Assembly: GCA_964291675.2 (NCBI GenBank)
Contig: OZ219866.1
Span: 3,392,001 to 3,456,000, forward strand
Origin: Alphaproteobacteria bacterium
Lineage (GTDB): Bacteria > Pseudomonadota > Alphaproteobacteria > MPNO01
Reading direction: 5' to 3'
DNA: 64,000 nt
Shown here: positions 42,268-51,964 of the stretch, one piece after another
How positions within the stretch are numbered: the stretch's first letter is position 1
Layout: each line of letters starts with the position of its first letter
The notes under the pieces: model-generated
What the model was told of the DNA's origin: nothing
The model's input: the letters and a program-made list of their open reading frames with translations, nothing else
Database searches by the model: none
Translations under genes and position numbers: made by a program

Positions 42268-43290
42268 TCAATAGGCGCGGTCCACGGCGAACTCGACGCT
42301 TTGCGCGAGCGCGCGCCGGGCCTCGCTTTCCGGGAAGGCGGCGAGCGCCCCGCGCGCCTTGGCGGCGTAGCCGCGCGCGCCCTCCAGCGTCGCGCGCAGC
42401 GCGCCGGTGCGTTCCAGCAGCGCGATGGCCCGCTTGAGGTCGCCCTTCTTCTGCACCTGGTCCTCCAGCGTGCGGCGCCAGAACGCCTTGCCGTCCGCGT
42501 CGGCGTCGCGCACCGCGTAGACGATCGGCAGCGTGACCTTGCCCTCGCGGAAATCGTCGCCCACCGTCTTGCCGAGCGTCGCCTGGCGGGCCGAGTAGTC
42601 GAGCACGTCGTCGACCAGCTGGAAGGCCATGCCGAGATTGTGGCCGAACCGCCGGAGCGCCTCGCGCTCTTCCGCCGGGCGGTCGGCGACGACGGCGCCG
42701 ATCTCCGCCGCGGCGGCGAACAGCTTCGCGGTCTTGGCGCGGACCACCTCGAGATAGTCCTCCTCGCCGGTGTCCACGTCGTTCGCGGTCATCAGCTGAA
42801 GCACCTCGCCCTCGGCGATCACCGAGGAGGCTTCCGACAATATGGCGAGCACGTCCAGCGAGGCGTCGGCGACCATGAGCTCGAAGGAGCGCGAGAACAG
42901 GAAATCGCCGACCAGCACCGAGGCCTGGTTGCCCCAGACCGCGTTGGCCGTCGCCGCGCCGCGGCGCAGATCGCTGGCGTCGACCACGTCGTCATGCAGC
43001 AGCGTCGCGGTGTGGATCAGCTCGACGCAGGCCGCCAGCCCGACATGGCGTTCCCCCGCATAGCCGCACATCCGCGCCGCCGCCAGCGTGATCATCGGGC
43101 GCAGCCGCTTGCCGCCGGCGGCGACGATGTGCCCGGCGAGCTGCGAGACCAGCAGCACCGGGCTCTCCATGCGTTCGACGATGGTGCGGTTGACCGCTTC
43201 CATGTCGGCGGCGGTCAGCGCCGTCAGGGCCTCAAGGTTGGGACGCGCGCGCGCGTCCGATCCGCGCGCCAGCTCTACGACCACGCTCAC
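42268..43290 (-). CDS. ispB: Polyprenyl (octa/decaprenyl) diphosphate synthase
   Basis: GGKRLRP, LHDDVVD, RRG, FQLVDDVLD, GKTVGDDFREGK. Confidence 0.92.
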   Translation of the reverse strand: MSVVVELARGSDARARPNLEALTALTAADMEAVNRTIVERMESPVLLVSQLAGHIVAAGGKRLRPMITLAAARMCGYAGERHVGLAACVELIHTATLLHDDVVDASDLRRGAATANAVWGNQASVLVGDFLFSRSFELMVADASLDVLAILSEASSVIAEGEVLQLMTANDVDTGEEDYLEVVRAKTAKLFAAAAEIGAVVADRPAEEREALRRFGHNLGMAFQLVDDVLDYSARQATLGKTVGDDFREGKVTLPIVYAVRDADADGKAFWRRTLEDQVQKKGDLKRAIALLERTGALRATLEGARGYAAKARGALAAFPESEARRALAQSVEFAVDRAY

Positions 43291-43401
43291 CGGCTTTGTC
43301 CGCCCCGTCGATTGGTGTTAGACAGGTTGCCGAACATAGCCGGAGGCCGGTCTGGGTCAAGCCGCCGCTCCGGCGAAGCGAAACGAATCCGGGCGGGGAA
43401 C

Positions 43402-43626
43402 ATGCGGGAGCTGGTGCGGAGCAACGAGCTGGTGTTTCTGTCCTGGCTCGACGCGGCCTTGCGGGCGGAGGGAATCGCCCCGATCCTGCTCGATACCCAT
43501 ACCAGCGTCCTCGAGGGTTCGACCCTGGCGATCCCGCGCCGCGTCATGGTCGAGGACGACGACCTCGCCCGCGCCCGCCGTCTGGTGACCGAGGCGGGGG
43601 AGGGTCACCGCCTGAGCCCGGGCTGA
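43402..43626 (+). CDS. DUF2007-like small protein
   Basis: MRELVRSNELVFLSW...LDTHTSVLEGS..AIPRRVMV; usual position divergent from ispB in Alphaproteobacteria. Confidence 0.8.
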   Translation: MRELVRSNELVFLSWLDAALRAEGIAPILLDTHTSVLEGSTLAIPRRVMVEDDDLARARRLVTEAGEGHRLSPG

Positions 43627-43630
43627 ACGG

Positions 43631-44386
43631 GTGAGCGGCGCCAACCGCATCGCACCGCTGACCGAGGACCGGCTGCTCGACGGGCGGCTGGTCATCCGCC
43701 AGCCCAGGCGCGGCTTCCGGGTGGCCATCGACAGCGTCATGCTCGCCGCCGCGGTACCGGCCGCCGAGGGCGAGCGGATACTGGAGCCCGGCGCCGGGAT
43801 CGGCGGTGCGGCGCTGATGCTGGCGGCGCGCGTGCCCGGCTGCCGGGTGGTCGGGTTCGACCCCCAGCACGCGCTGGTGAGCGTCGCCGGCGAGAACATC
43901 CGCCTCAACGACATGAGCGACCGGGTGGAGATCATGGTCGGCGACCTGGCGAGCCCGCCGTCGCGCCTCGCGCTCGGCGCCTTCGACCACGTGATGATGA
44001 ACCCGCCCTTCCACCCGGCCGGGGGCGTTCGCGGCCCGGCCGACGCCAGCCGCGCCGCGTCGCATGTCGAGGGCGAGGCCGGGCTCGCGGACTGGATCGC
44101 CTTCGGGGTCAGCATGCTGCGCGGCATGGGCACGCTGACCCTGGTCCATCGCGCCGACCGGCTGGCCGAGGTGCTGGCGGCGTTCGACGGGCGCGCGGGC
44201 GGCGTCGTGGTCTACCCCCTCTGGCCGCGCGGCGACGGCAGCCCGGCCAAGCGTATCCTGGTGCGCGCCCGGCGCGGCACGGCGGCGCCGCTCCGCCTCG
44301 CCCCGGGGCTGGTGCTGCACCGGGCGGATGGCGGTTTCACGCCGGAGGCCGACCTCGTGCTGCGCGGCGCGGGCCTCGATCCCTGA
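43631..44386 (+). CDS. SAM-dependent methyltransferase (tRNA1(Val) m6A37 / YfiC-like)
   Basis: QPRRGFRVAIDSVMLAA, LEPGAGIG, MNPPF. Confidence 0.85.
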   Translation: MSGANRIAPLTEDRLLDGRLVIRQPRRGFRVAIDSVMLAAAVPAAEGERILEPGAGIGGAALMLAARVPGCRVVGFDPQHALVSVAGENIRLNDMSDRVEIMVGDLASPPSRLALGAFDHVMMNPPFHPAGGVRGPADASRAASHVEGEAGLADWIAFGVSMLRGMGTLTLVHRADRLAEVLAAFDGRAGGVVVYPLWPRGDGSPAKRILVRARRGTAAPLRLAPGLVLHRADGGFTPEADLVLRGAGLDP

Positions 44387-44434
44387 CCCGGCGGCCGCTT
44401 GGCGCGCGCCGGGCGGGCCTCTATCTATAGCCCC

Positions 44435-45334
44435 ATGAACGGCGCGGAACCCGTCCCCAGGCCACCGGAGCCGGCGCGCGGCCGCCGGCGGCGGTCGCTC
44501 GCCTTCTGGCGCCGCGGCCGCGACGCGCCGCTGGTCTCGGTGCTCCGGCTCGCCGGCATCGTCGGACGGGCCGGGGCGCTGCGCGGCGGCAGCGTGACGC
44601 TCGCCAGCATGGAACGGGCGATCGACCGCGCCTTCGCCCCCAGGCGTCTGGCCGCGGTGGCGCTTGCCGTCAACTCGCCCGGCGGCTCGCCGGTGCAGAG
44701 CGCCCTGATCGCGCGGCGGATCCGCGCCCGGGCCGACGAGCGCGGCGTCCCGGTGCTGGCCTTCGCCGAGGACGTCGCGGCGTCGGGCGGCTACTGGCTC
44801 GCCTGCGCCGGGGACGAGATCTACGCCGACGAGAACTCCATCGTCGGCTCGATCGGGGTGATCGCGGCCGGGTTCGGCTTCGTCGAGGCGATCGCCCGCC
44901 ACGGCGTCGAGCGCCGGGTGCACACGGCGGGCGCGCGCAAGGGCATGCTCGACCCGTTCCGGCCCGAGGACCCGGGCGAGGTCGAACGGCTGCTGGCGGT
45001 GCAGCGCGACATGCACCAGAGCTTCATCGCCCATGTCCGCCAGCGCCGCGGCCGCCGCCTCAAGGGCGCGGACGAGGAGCTGTTCTCCGGCGAGTTCTGG
45101 AGCGGTCGCCAGGCGATCGCGCTCGGCCTGGTCGACGGGCTCGGCGATCTGCGCGGGGTGCTGCGCGACCGCTTCGGCGAGCGGGTGCGGATCCGCCCGG
45201 TGGCGATGCGCCGCGGGCTGCGCCGCCGCCTCGGAATCGGGCCGGCCGGCGGCGGGATCGACGCCGGCGCGCTCGGCGCCGAGCTTCTCGCGGCGCTCGA
45301 CGAATGGGCGATGTGGAAGCGCTACGGGCTCTGA
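44435..45334 (+). CDS. S49 family peptidase (SppA/SohB-like)
   Basis: NSPGGSPVQS, AASGGYWLA, IVGSIGV, FSGEFW, GLVDG. Confidence 0.9.
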   Translation: MNGAEPVPRPPEPARGRRRRSLAFWRRGRDAPLVSVLRLAGIVGRAGALRGGSVTLASMERAIDRAFAPRRLAAVALAVNSPGGSPVQSALIARRIRARADERGVPVLAFAEDVAASGGYWLACAGDEIYADENSIVGSIGVIAAGFGFVEAIARHGVERRVHTAGARKGMLDPFRPEDPGEVERLLAVQRDMHQSFIAHVRQRRGRRLKGADEELFSGEFWSGRQAIALGLVDGLGDLRGVLRDRFGERVRIRPVAMRRGLRRRLGIGPAGGGIDAGALGAELLAALDEWAMWKRYGL

Positions 45335-45386
45335 TCCGGCAAGGCCGCGGCTTGACTGTCCGCGGCGCCGGGCGCCAAATGGCGCC

Positions 45387-45620
45387 ATGTTCGGGTTCAG
45401 CCTGTCCAAGCTGGTCGTCCTCGCCGCGCTGATCGCCGCCGTGTGGTACGGCCTGCGCTGGGTCCAGCGCCGGCAGCAGATGCAGGGCGGCGCGGAACGC
45501 GACCGGGTCGAGGGCGACCAGGCGCCGTCGTCGCAGGACCTGGTCGCCTGCACCCGGTGCGGCGTGTTCGTCTCGGCCGACGCGAAGCCGTCCTGCGACC
45601 GCGCCGACTGCCCGCTTTGA
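45387..45620 (+). CDS. Small membrane-anchored protein with C-terminal Cys cluster (CxxC...CxxxxC)
   Basis: MFGFSLSKLVVLAALIAAVWYG...DLVACTRCGVFV...CDRADCP. Confidence 0.7.
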   Translation: MFGFSLSKLVVLAALIAAVWYGLRWVQRRQQMQGGAERDRVEGDQAPSSQDLVACTRCGVFVSADAKPSCDRADCPL

Positions 45621-45645
45621 ACGCGTGGCAGGCCGGCGATTCCGC

Positions 45646-45665
45646 CTGTTGTAAATCTGCAACAG
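45646..45665. promoter_or_regulatory. Palindromic operator candidate upstream of the porin gene
   Basis: CTGTTGTA-AATC-TGCAACAG (TGT-N12-ACA). Confidence 0.4.
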
Positions 45666-45806
45666 TAGCGGAGCATTAGCGCGGCGGATTCGCCGCCCCG
45701 GTTGCGGCGGCGCGGGATTTCCCCTATCAAACAAACGCTCGGGCACCAGCCCGTGTCCGGGCCTTGCCGCGCGGTTGCGGCGAAGCATTAACTCCATGGA
45801 GGGGCT

Positions 45807-46907
45807 ATGAAGAAGCAACTATTGGCCGGTACGGCTATTGTCGCCGCGAGCGTACTCATCGCGGGCGGCACGGTCGCGGCCGACAAGAAGATGATGAAGC
45901 CGTCCATTTCGGTGAACGGCTATTACGAGGGCGTCGTCGGCGGCATTCTCGACGAAGATATGAGCACGGATACGTCTGCGCTCGACACCCGGACCGACGC
46001 GGAGATTCATTTCAACGGCCGCGGCTCGCTCGACAACGGCATGAAGATCCATGCCCGCGTGGAACTCGAAGGCCAGAACAACCACAGCGCTGCCAATGCT
46101 GGCGGCGACCCGATCGACGAGTACTTCGTCAAGGTCTCGGGGTCCTTCGGCAGCATCACGCTCGGCGGCACCGGCGGTGCGCCGGTCAAGATGCTGACCG
46201 GGATAAGCGGTTCCTGGGCGACCGGCGTCGGCGAGAACCTCAGCTTCGACGACGCCTGGGTTCCCAGCGTGCGAGGCGGCGGGGGACATGGCTTCTACAC
46301 CATGAGCCACTCCCGGCTGGACACCGGAGACGCGGAGAAGGTCACGTACATCTCTCCGAAGTTCGGCGGCTTCCAGGTCGGCGTGACGTATTCGCCGAAC
46401 ATGGTGAACAACGACGACAACTCGCGGATCGACACCACCGAGCAGCGCCATGACGGCGTCGAGGGGGCGGTCAGCTACGGTGGCAAGTTCGGCGATGTCG
46501 GCTTCGCCGTCGGCGCCGGCATGACGATGTATCAGGGCGGCACCGAAGGCGGCCCGGACGAATCGAGCGACTGGCTCGTCGCTGCCCGGCTCGATTTCGG
46601 CGGCGGGTTCCGCGTGTCGGCCGCCCACAAGCGGGTGACCAACGACAACGACGCCGAGCAGGGTCAATTGACCGATGTCGGCGTGCGCTACATAGCGGGC
46701 GCGAACAAGTTCAGCCTCACCGGCATGCACGGCGAGATGGACACGGGTAGCGCCAGCCACACGAAGGTCATGGGCAGCTACGCCCGTGCGCTCGGCCCCG
46801 GCACGACGGTTCACGTGAACCTGCTGTGGAACGAGTCCGAGAACGGCGCCGGAGACATGCAGAACAGCGGCCTCGCCGGTATCGTCGGCGTCAAGGTGGG
46901 CTTCTAG
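45807..46907 (+). CDS. Outer-membrane porin (alphaproteobacterial type)
   Basis: MKKQLLAGTAI signal, LDNGMKIHARVELE, SGSFGSITLG, KVTYISPKFGGFQVGVTYSP, C-terminal Phe. Confidence 0.9.
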   Translation: MKKQLLAGTAIVAASVLIAGGTVAADKKMMKPSISVNGYYEGVVGGILDEDMSTDTSALDTRTDAEIHFNGRGSLDNGMKIHARVELEGQNNHSAANAGGDPIDEYFVKVSGSFGSITLGGTGGAPVKMLTGISGSWATGVGENLSFDDAWVPSVRGGGGHGFYTMSHSRLDTGDAEKVTYISPKFGGFQVGVTYSPNMVNNDDNSRIDTTEQRHDGVEGAVSYGGKFGDVGFAVGAGMTMYQGGTEGGPDESSDWLVAARLDFGGGFRVSAAHKRVTNDNDAEQGQLTDVGVRYIAGANKFSLTGMHGEMDTGSASHTKVMGSYARALGPGTTVHVNLLWNESENGAGDMQNSGLAGIVGVKVGF

Positions 46908-46957
46908 CGTCCGACGGCTTTTCGGGACCGGCCCTGCCGGCCCCGGAGACACTTTTC

Positions 46958-46986
46958 AAGGGCGGCGCGAGCCGCCCTTTTCTTTT
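46958..46986 (+). terminator. Rho-independent terminator
   Basis: AAGGGCGGC-GCGA-GCCGCCCTT followed by TTCTTTT. Confidence 0.85.
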
Positions 46987-46995
46987 GCCCGCCCG

Positions 46996-47439
46996 TCACC
47001 GCGCGCCGGCCACCATCTCCGCCGCGCTCTCTACGATCCGTCTCGTCTCGTGCCACATCGGGATGGCGGCGAGCGCGTCGCGGGCGACCCAGCGGACCGC
47101 CGCCGCGTCGCTCGCCGCGCGGGCCTCGCCGGAGAGCCAGCGGGCGGCGAAGTCGACCAGGGTGTAGTGGTATCGCGCCCGCCCGTCGGCGTCGCGGGTG
47201 ATGCCGTCGACCACGTCGACCAGGCCGACGATCTCGACCGCGAGCCCGGTCTCCTCCGCCACCTCGCGCAGCGCCGCCTCGCGCACCGTCTCGCCGATCT
47301 CCTGCGCGCCGCCCGGGATGCTCCAGCGGTCCGACACCGGCGGCTTGGCGCGCTTGATCAGCAGCACGTCGGTGCCGCGGAAGACCGCCACGCCGACGCC
47401 CACGATCGGCCGGTCGGGGTAGAGCCGGTCGCCGGTCAT
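46996..47439 (-). CDS. NUDIX hydrolase
   Basis: PGGAQEIGETVREAALREVAEETGL Nudix box. Confidence 0.92.
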   Translation of the reverse strand: MTGDRLYPDRPIVGVGVAVFRGTDVLLIKRAKPPVSDRWSIPGGAQEIGETVREAALREVAEETGLAVEIVGLVDVVDGITRDADGRARYHYTLVDFAARWLSGEARAASDAAAVRWVARDALAAIPMWHETRRIVESAAEMVAGAR

Positions 47440-47460
47440 CCCGCCGCGCCGCCCCGCATG

Positions 47461-48060
47461 TCAGCCCGCCAGATGCTTGGACGGGTCCCAGCCGCTCGGC
47501 GCGAGGTGCCGCTCGCCGAACGCCACCGGGCGCTCCTCCAGCGGGGTCGCCATGGTGTCGTTCCAGCGGTTGAGCCAGCCGAACAGGCAGACGACGCCGA
47601 CCAGCTCGACGATCTGGTCCTCGTCGAAATGGGCTTTGAGCGCCTCCATGTCCCGGTCGGTGACCGCGTTGGGGACCGCGCCCGCCGACTGCGCCATGCG
47701 CAGCGCCGCGCGCTCGGCCTCGGTGAATAGCGGGCTGGTCTCGTAGTCGAAGATCGCCTCGATCTTCTCCGCCGCCACGCCGTCGACCTCGACCGCGGCG
47801 CTCGCCGTGTGGGCCGAGCAGTACTGGCAGCCGGCCGAGCGGCTCGCCATGTAGGCCAGCATGCGCTTGAGCCCGAGCGGCGCCTTGCCGGGAACGCCGA
47901 TCACCTCGCGCGACAGGCGGGAGAAGGCGCGCAGCATCCCGGGCGCGCGCGCCATGACGAAGAAGCTGTTGGGCACGAAGCCGAGCGCCCGCTCGGCGCG
48001 CTCGAACACGTCCTCGAGCTCGGGCGCGTCGGCGCGCTCGCGCGGCGTGATCCTGGGCAT
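47461..48060 (-). CDS. AhpD/carboxymuconolactone decarboxylase family protein
   Basis: LGFVPNS, SRSAGCQYCSAH, FGWLNRWNDT. Confidence 0.88.
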   Translation of the reverse strand: MPRITPRERADAPELEDVFERAERALGFVPNSFFVMARAPGMLRAFSRLSREVIGVPGKAPLGLKRMLAYMASRSAGCQYCSAHTASAAVEVDGVAAEKIEAIFDYETSPLFTEAERAALRMAQSAGAVPNAVTDRDMEALKAHFDEDQIVELVGVVCLFGWLNRWNDTMATPLEERPVAFGERHLAPSGWDPSKHLAG

Positions 48061-48150
48061 GGCGGCACCTCCCGGTTTCGGCGCGGGAATATAGCCGTCG
48101 CTACGATGGACGGATAGGCTGGGGCGGCTGACGAGAAGGGGAGGGAAGCG

Positions 48151-48522
48151 ATGGTGCGCGCGGAGCTTGTGGGGACCTGGCGGCTCGCCGATTACCGGCT
48201 GACGGCGGCGGACGGGACGGTGTCGCAGCCGTGGAGCGGGGCGAAGGGCTACATCTTCTATGCCGCCGACGGCCACATGTCGTGCTCGGTCGAGCGGCCG
48301 GACGGCGCCGGCGGCGTCGACCATTTGACCTATTGCGGCCGGCTGGAATGCCGCGACGGGGAGAACCTGCACACCATCGAGCTGAGCTCGCGGCCCGATC
48401 TCCGCGGCACGGTGCAGCGCCGCAGGGTCGAGCTCGACGGCGACACCATGACGCTCACCGCCGAGCCCAGCATCGCCTACGGGCCGGGCTCGAAGGCGGA
48501 CATCGTCTGGCAACGGGCGTAG
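48151..48522 (+). CDS. Lipocalin-like domain protein
   Basis: LVGTWRL, KGYIFYAADGHMS, YCGR, GTVQRR, IVWQR. Confidence 0.78.
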   Translation: MVRAELVGTWRLADYRLTAADGTVSQPWSGAKGYIFYAADGHMSCSVERPDGAGGVDHLTYCGRLECRDGENLHTIELSSRPDLRGTVQRRRVELDGDTMTLTAEPSIAYGPGSKADIVWQRA

Positions 48523-48632
48523 GGGCGGACCGGGCCCGACGAATAAGCGCCGCCGGGCGGCTTGCAACGGCATGTCTGTGCTGGCAGTTTACCGCCTCTT
48601 CGGCCATTTCCATGAACATGCGGGAGGATCAC

Positions 48633-49952
48633 ATGAGCCATGGACAGGGGAGAACCGCGGTCTTGCTTGCGACCGTCGCGGGCGCGGCACTGATTGCCGG
48701 CGCGGCGACCGCGCAGACCGTCAAGATGGGGGTCCCGACGTTTCTCACCGGCGCCGGGGCTCCAGCCTTCGGCATCCCGGCGAAGCAGGGCGTCGAGCTG
48801 CTGGTCAATGCGATCAACAACGGCGAGATTCCGGCGCCCTATAACAGCGTCGGCCTGGCCGGGCGCAAGATCGAGGCGCTGATCTACGACGAGGCCGGCG
48901 GCGGCACCAAGCAGGTCACCGAGCTGCGCAACAAGGTGCAGAAGGACGGCGTCGACCTGGTGGTCGGCTACATCTCCTCAGGGACCTGCGCCGCGGTGGC
49001 GCGCGTCGCCGAGGAGGTCAAGGTTCTCACCCTGATGACGGTCTGCGGCACCCCGCGGGTCTTCGAAGAGCTGGTGAAGAAGCCCAAATACCTGTTCCGC
49101 ACGATGAGCCACGGCACCGGCAACAACACGGGCGCGGCGCGCTACATCTCCAGCAAGTATCCGGAGCTGCTCGAGAACGGCTTTATCGGGCTGAACCAGA
49201 ACTACGCCTGGGGGCAGGACTCCTGGCGCGACTTCAGCCTGGCGATGAAGGTCGTGGCGCCCGGCGCCAAGGCCGCCAAGAAGCAGCAATTCCCCAAGCT
49301 GTTCTCCGGCCAGTACGGCTCCGAGATCTCGGCGCTGCTCAGGGCCAAGCAGAAGGTCGTGCATTCGAGCTTCTGGGGCGGCGACCTCGAAGCGTTCATC
49401 GCCCAGGCCAACGCGCGCGGGCTGTTCAAGCGCAAGACCTTCATCCTGACGGTCGGCGAGACCGTCGCCTACCGTTTGGGACGGAAATTCCCGGAAGGCC
49501 AGATCGTCGGCACCCGGGGGCCGTACGGGATGTACGCGGTCAACATCGACACCCCGATCAACAAGTGGTTCCAGAAGAAGTACCGCGAGACCTATGGCGA
49601 GCCGCCGGCGCAGCCGACCTACCAGTACGGGCAGGGGATCCTCGCCGCCAAGTTCGCCTATGACAAGGCGATGAAGGACAATGGCGGCAAGTTCCCGACC
49701 ACCGACCAGGTGATCGCGGCGCTCGAGGGCGCGACCTTCACGTCGCTCGCCGGCACGGTGCAGATGGCGCTCAGCAACGGCCACCAGGCGATCACCGAGG
49801 ACCGCTGGGGCGTCACCGTGTGGGACGAGAAGAAGAACGAGATGGTGGTCAAGGACGTCGTCGTGTTCGAGCCGGAATGCGTCAATCCGCCCGACGGCGT
49901 CGAGTCCGTGCCCTGGCTCGAAGGCGGGATGAAGGGCGCCAAGTGCGGCTGA
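48633..49952 (+). CDS. LIV/HAAT-type ABC substrate-binding protein (operon 1)
   Basis: Signal peptide; VVGYISSG, YLFRT, NYAWGQDSW, SSFWGGDL. Confidence 0.9.
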   Translation: MSHGQGRTAVLLATVAGAALIAGAATAQTVKMGVPTFLTGAGAPAFGIPAKQGVELLVNAINNGEIPAPYNSVGLAGRKIEALIYDEAGGGTKQVTELRNKVQKDGVDLVVGYISSGTCAAVARVAEEVKVLTLMTVCGTPRVFEELVKKPKYLFRTMSHGTGNNTGAARYISSKYPELLENGFIGLNQNYAWGQDSWRDFSLAMKVVAPGAKAAKKQQFPKLFSGQYGSEISALLRAKQKVVHSSFWGGDLEAFIAQANARGLFKRKTFILTVGETVAYRLGRKFPEGQIVGTRGPYGMYAVNIDTPINKWFQKKYRETYGEPPAQPTYQYGQGILAAKFAYDKAMKDNGGKFPTTDQVIAALEGATFTSLAGTVQMALSNGHQAITEDRWGVTVWDEKKNEMVVKDVVVFEPECVNPPDGVESVPWLEGGMKGAKCG

Positions 49953-50074
49953 GCACGCCCTAGCTCCAGAAGGGTTGCGAACGGTCCGGGCGCTGTCGAA
50001 CGGCGCCCGGATCTCCGCTCGCCCGCCCGCAAACGACTCGCCGGAACCGCCTTCCGGCTAACGGGATCGGACCG

Positions 50075-50977
50075 TTGGACACCGAGCTCCTACTCATCAT
50101 CCTGATCGACGGGTTGGTGTACGCCTCCTACCTGTTCATGGTCTCCGTCGGGCTGACGGTGATCTGCGGCGTGCAGAAAATCCTCAACGTCACCCACGGG
50201 TCGCTGTATGCGTTCGGTGCCTATCTGTGCGCCACGATCCTGATCGTCTATGCCGAGACGGGCTGGCCCGGCGCCGGCGCGTTCGTGATCATGGCGCTGA
50301 CCGCGATCTTCCTCGGCATCGTGTTCGGCATCATCATCGAGCGCGGGCTGCTCCAGTTCCTCTACGCCGAGGACGAGCACATCGTCGTGCTCGCCACCTT
50401 CGCCGCGTTCCTGATCCTGGAGGACGTGCTGCTGCTGATCTGGGGCACCAACCCCTATATCGCGGCGGAGCCGCTGGCGCTGCTCGGCCAGACCGACATC
50501 GCGGAGCTGCCCTTCGACAACTACAATCTGTCGATGATCCTGCTCTCCGCGCTGGTCGCGGCGGTGCTGTGGTACGGGCTGAGACGGACCACCTTCGGCA
50601 AGATGCTGCTGGCGGTGATCTACGACCGCGAGCTGTCGCAGTCGATGGGGATCAACGTCACCCGGATCTTCCTGCTGACCTTCATCGTGGGCTCGTTCCT
50701 CGGCGCGCTCGGCGGCGCCTACCAGGCGCCGGCGATCTCGGTGCAGCCGGGAATCGGCGTGGAGGTCATCGTGCTCGCCTTCGCCGTCGTCGTCATCGGC
50801 GGCATGGGGTCGATACCGGGCGCGCTGATCGGCTCGCTGGTGGTCGGCGTCGCCCGCGCCGCGGCGGTGCATCTCGAGCCGGTGCTCGAGCTGTTCGTCA
50901 TCTACATGATCATGGCGATCGTCCTGATCGTCAGGCCCCAGGGTCTGTTCGCCCCCGCCAAGCCGAGGAAGATATGA
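50075..50977 (+). CDS. LivH-like permease
   Basis: SVGLTVICGVQKILNVTHG, VVIGGMGSI, RPQGLF; TTG start. Confidence 0.9.
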   Translation: MDTELLLIILIDGLVYASYLFMVSVGLTVICGVQKILNVTHGSLYAFGAYLCATILIVYAETGWPGAGAFVIMALTAIFLGIVFGIIIERGLLQFLYAEDEHIVVLATFAAFLILEDVLLLIWGTNPYIAAEPLALLGQTDIAELPFDNYNLSMILLSALVAAVLWYGLRRTTFGKMLLAVIYDRELSQSMGINVTRIFLLTFIVGSFLGALGGAYQAPAISVQPGIGVEVIVLAFAVVVIGGMGSIPGALIGSLVVGVARAAAVHLEPVLELFVIYMIMAIVLIVRPQGLFAPAKPRKI

Positions 50978-51960
50978 CCAGGTTCATGGATCGGACGGGC
51001 TGGGCGCTGACCATCGGTCTGGTCGTCCTGATCGTCGTCAACTTCTTCATCCCCGAGTGGTTCCGCGCGATCCTGCTGCTCTCGCTGGCGCGCGGCTCGG
51101 TGGCGCTCGGGCTGCTGGTGCTGTGGCGCTGCGGGCTGATCTCCTTCGGCCACGCCCTGTTCTACGGCTTCGGCGCCTATACCGTGGCCCTGATCGTCAA
51201 GTATCTCGGCATCACCGACGCCCTCTTCACGGTTGCCTGCGGCGTCGTCGTCGCCGGCGGGTTCGCCTGGGCCCTCGGCTTCCTGCTGAGGCGCTACCGG
51301 GGCATCTTCTTCGCGCTGCTGAACCTCGCCTTCTCGATGATCCTCTACGGCGTGCTGGCGAAGCTGGAGAGCCTGGGCTCGACCGACGGCATCAGCCTCG
51401 AACGGACGACCTATCTCTGGTACGCGCCGGAGGGTGCGGCGAACAAGTTCACGCTGTTCATCTTCGCCGCCGTGCTGACCTGGGGCGTCGCGATGGCGGT
51501 GCACCACTATTTGCGTTCGACGCTGGGCTACATGACGACGGCGGTGCGCGAGAACGAGATCCGCCTCGAATTCCTCGGCTACTCGGCCGAGCGGGCGATC
51601 CACGTCAAGTACACCATCTCCGGCCTGGTCGGCGGGTTCGGCGGCGCCATCGCCGCCATGACCATCGGCCATGTCGATCCCGACTCGATGACCTACTGGC
51701 CGATCTCCGGCGATTTCGTGTTCATCGCGATCCTGAGCGGCACCGGCAATGTCGGCGCGCCGTTCATCGGCGCGCTGCTCTACGAGCTGATCCGCACCTA
51801 CGCGTTCGAGCAGTTCCCCGGGATCTGGCAGCTCATCATGGGCGGGACGCTGCTGCTGATCATCATGTTCCTGCCCAACGGGCTGTGGTCGCTGGTCGAC
51901 CGCTGGAACAAGCGGCGGGTCGAGCGGGGCCGGCTCGAAGCGGAACGGGAAAAGGCGTAA
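50974..51960 (+). CDS. LivM-like permease
   Basis: GLISFGHALFYG, GIFFALLNLAF, AVRENE, LPNGL. Confidence 0.9.
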   Translation: MTRFMDRTGWALTIGLVVLIVVNFFIPEWFRAILLLSLARGSVALGLLVLWRCGLISFGHALFYGFGAYTVALIVKYLGITDALFTVACGVVVAGGFAWALGFLLRRYRGIFFALLNLAFSMILYGVLAKLESLGSTDGISLERTTYLWYAPEGAANKFTLFIFAAVLTWGVAMAVHHYLRSTLGYMTTAVRENEIRLEFLGYSAERAIHVKYTISGLVGGFGGAIAAMTIGHVDPDSMTYWPISGDFVFIAILSGTGNVGAPFIGALLYELIRTYAFEQFPGIWQLIMGGTLLLIIMFLPNGLWSLVDRWNKRRVERGRLEAEREKA

Positions 51961-51964
51961 GCCG

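Noticed and set aside
41892-42437. 181-aa ORF as a real gene
   Set aside because: It is the permease pseudogene with its stop mutated (TAG->CAG), reading through the antisense strand of the tRNA and into ispB.
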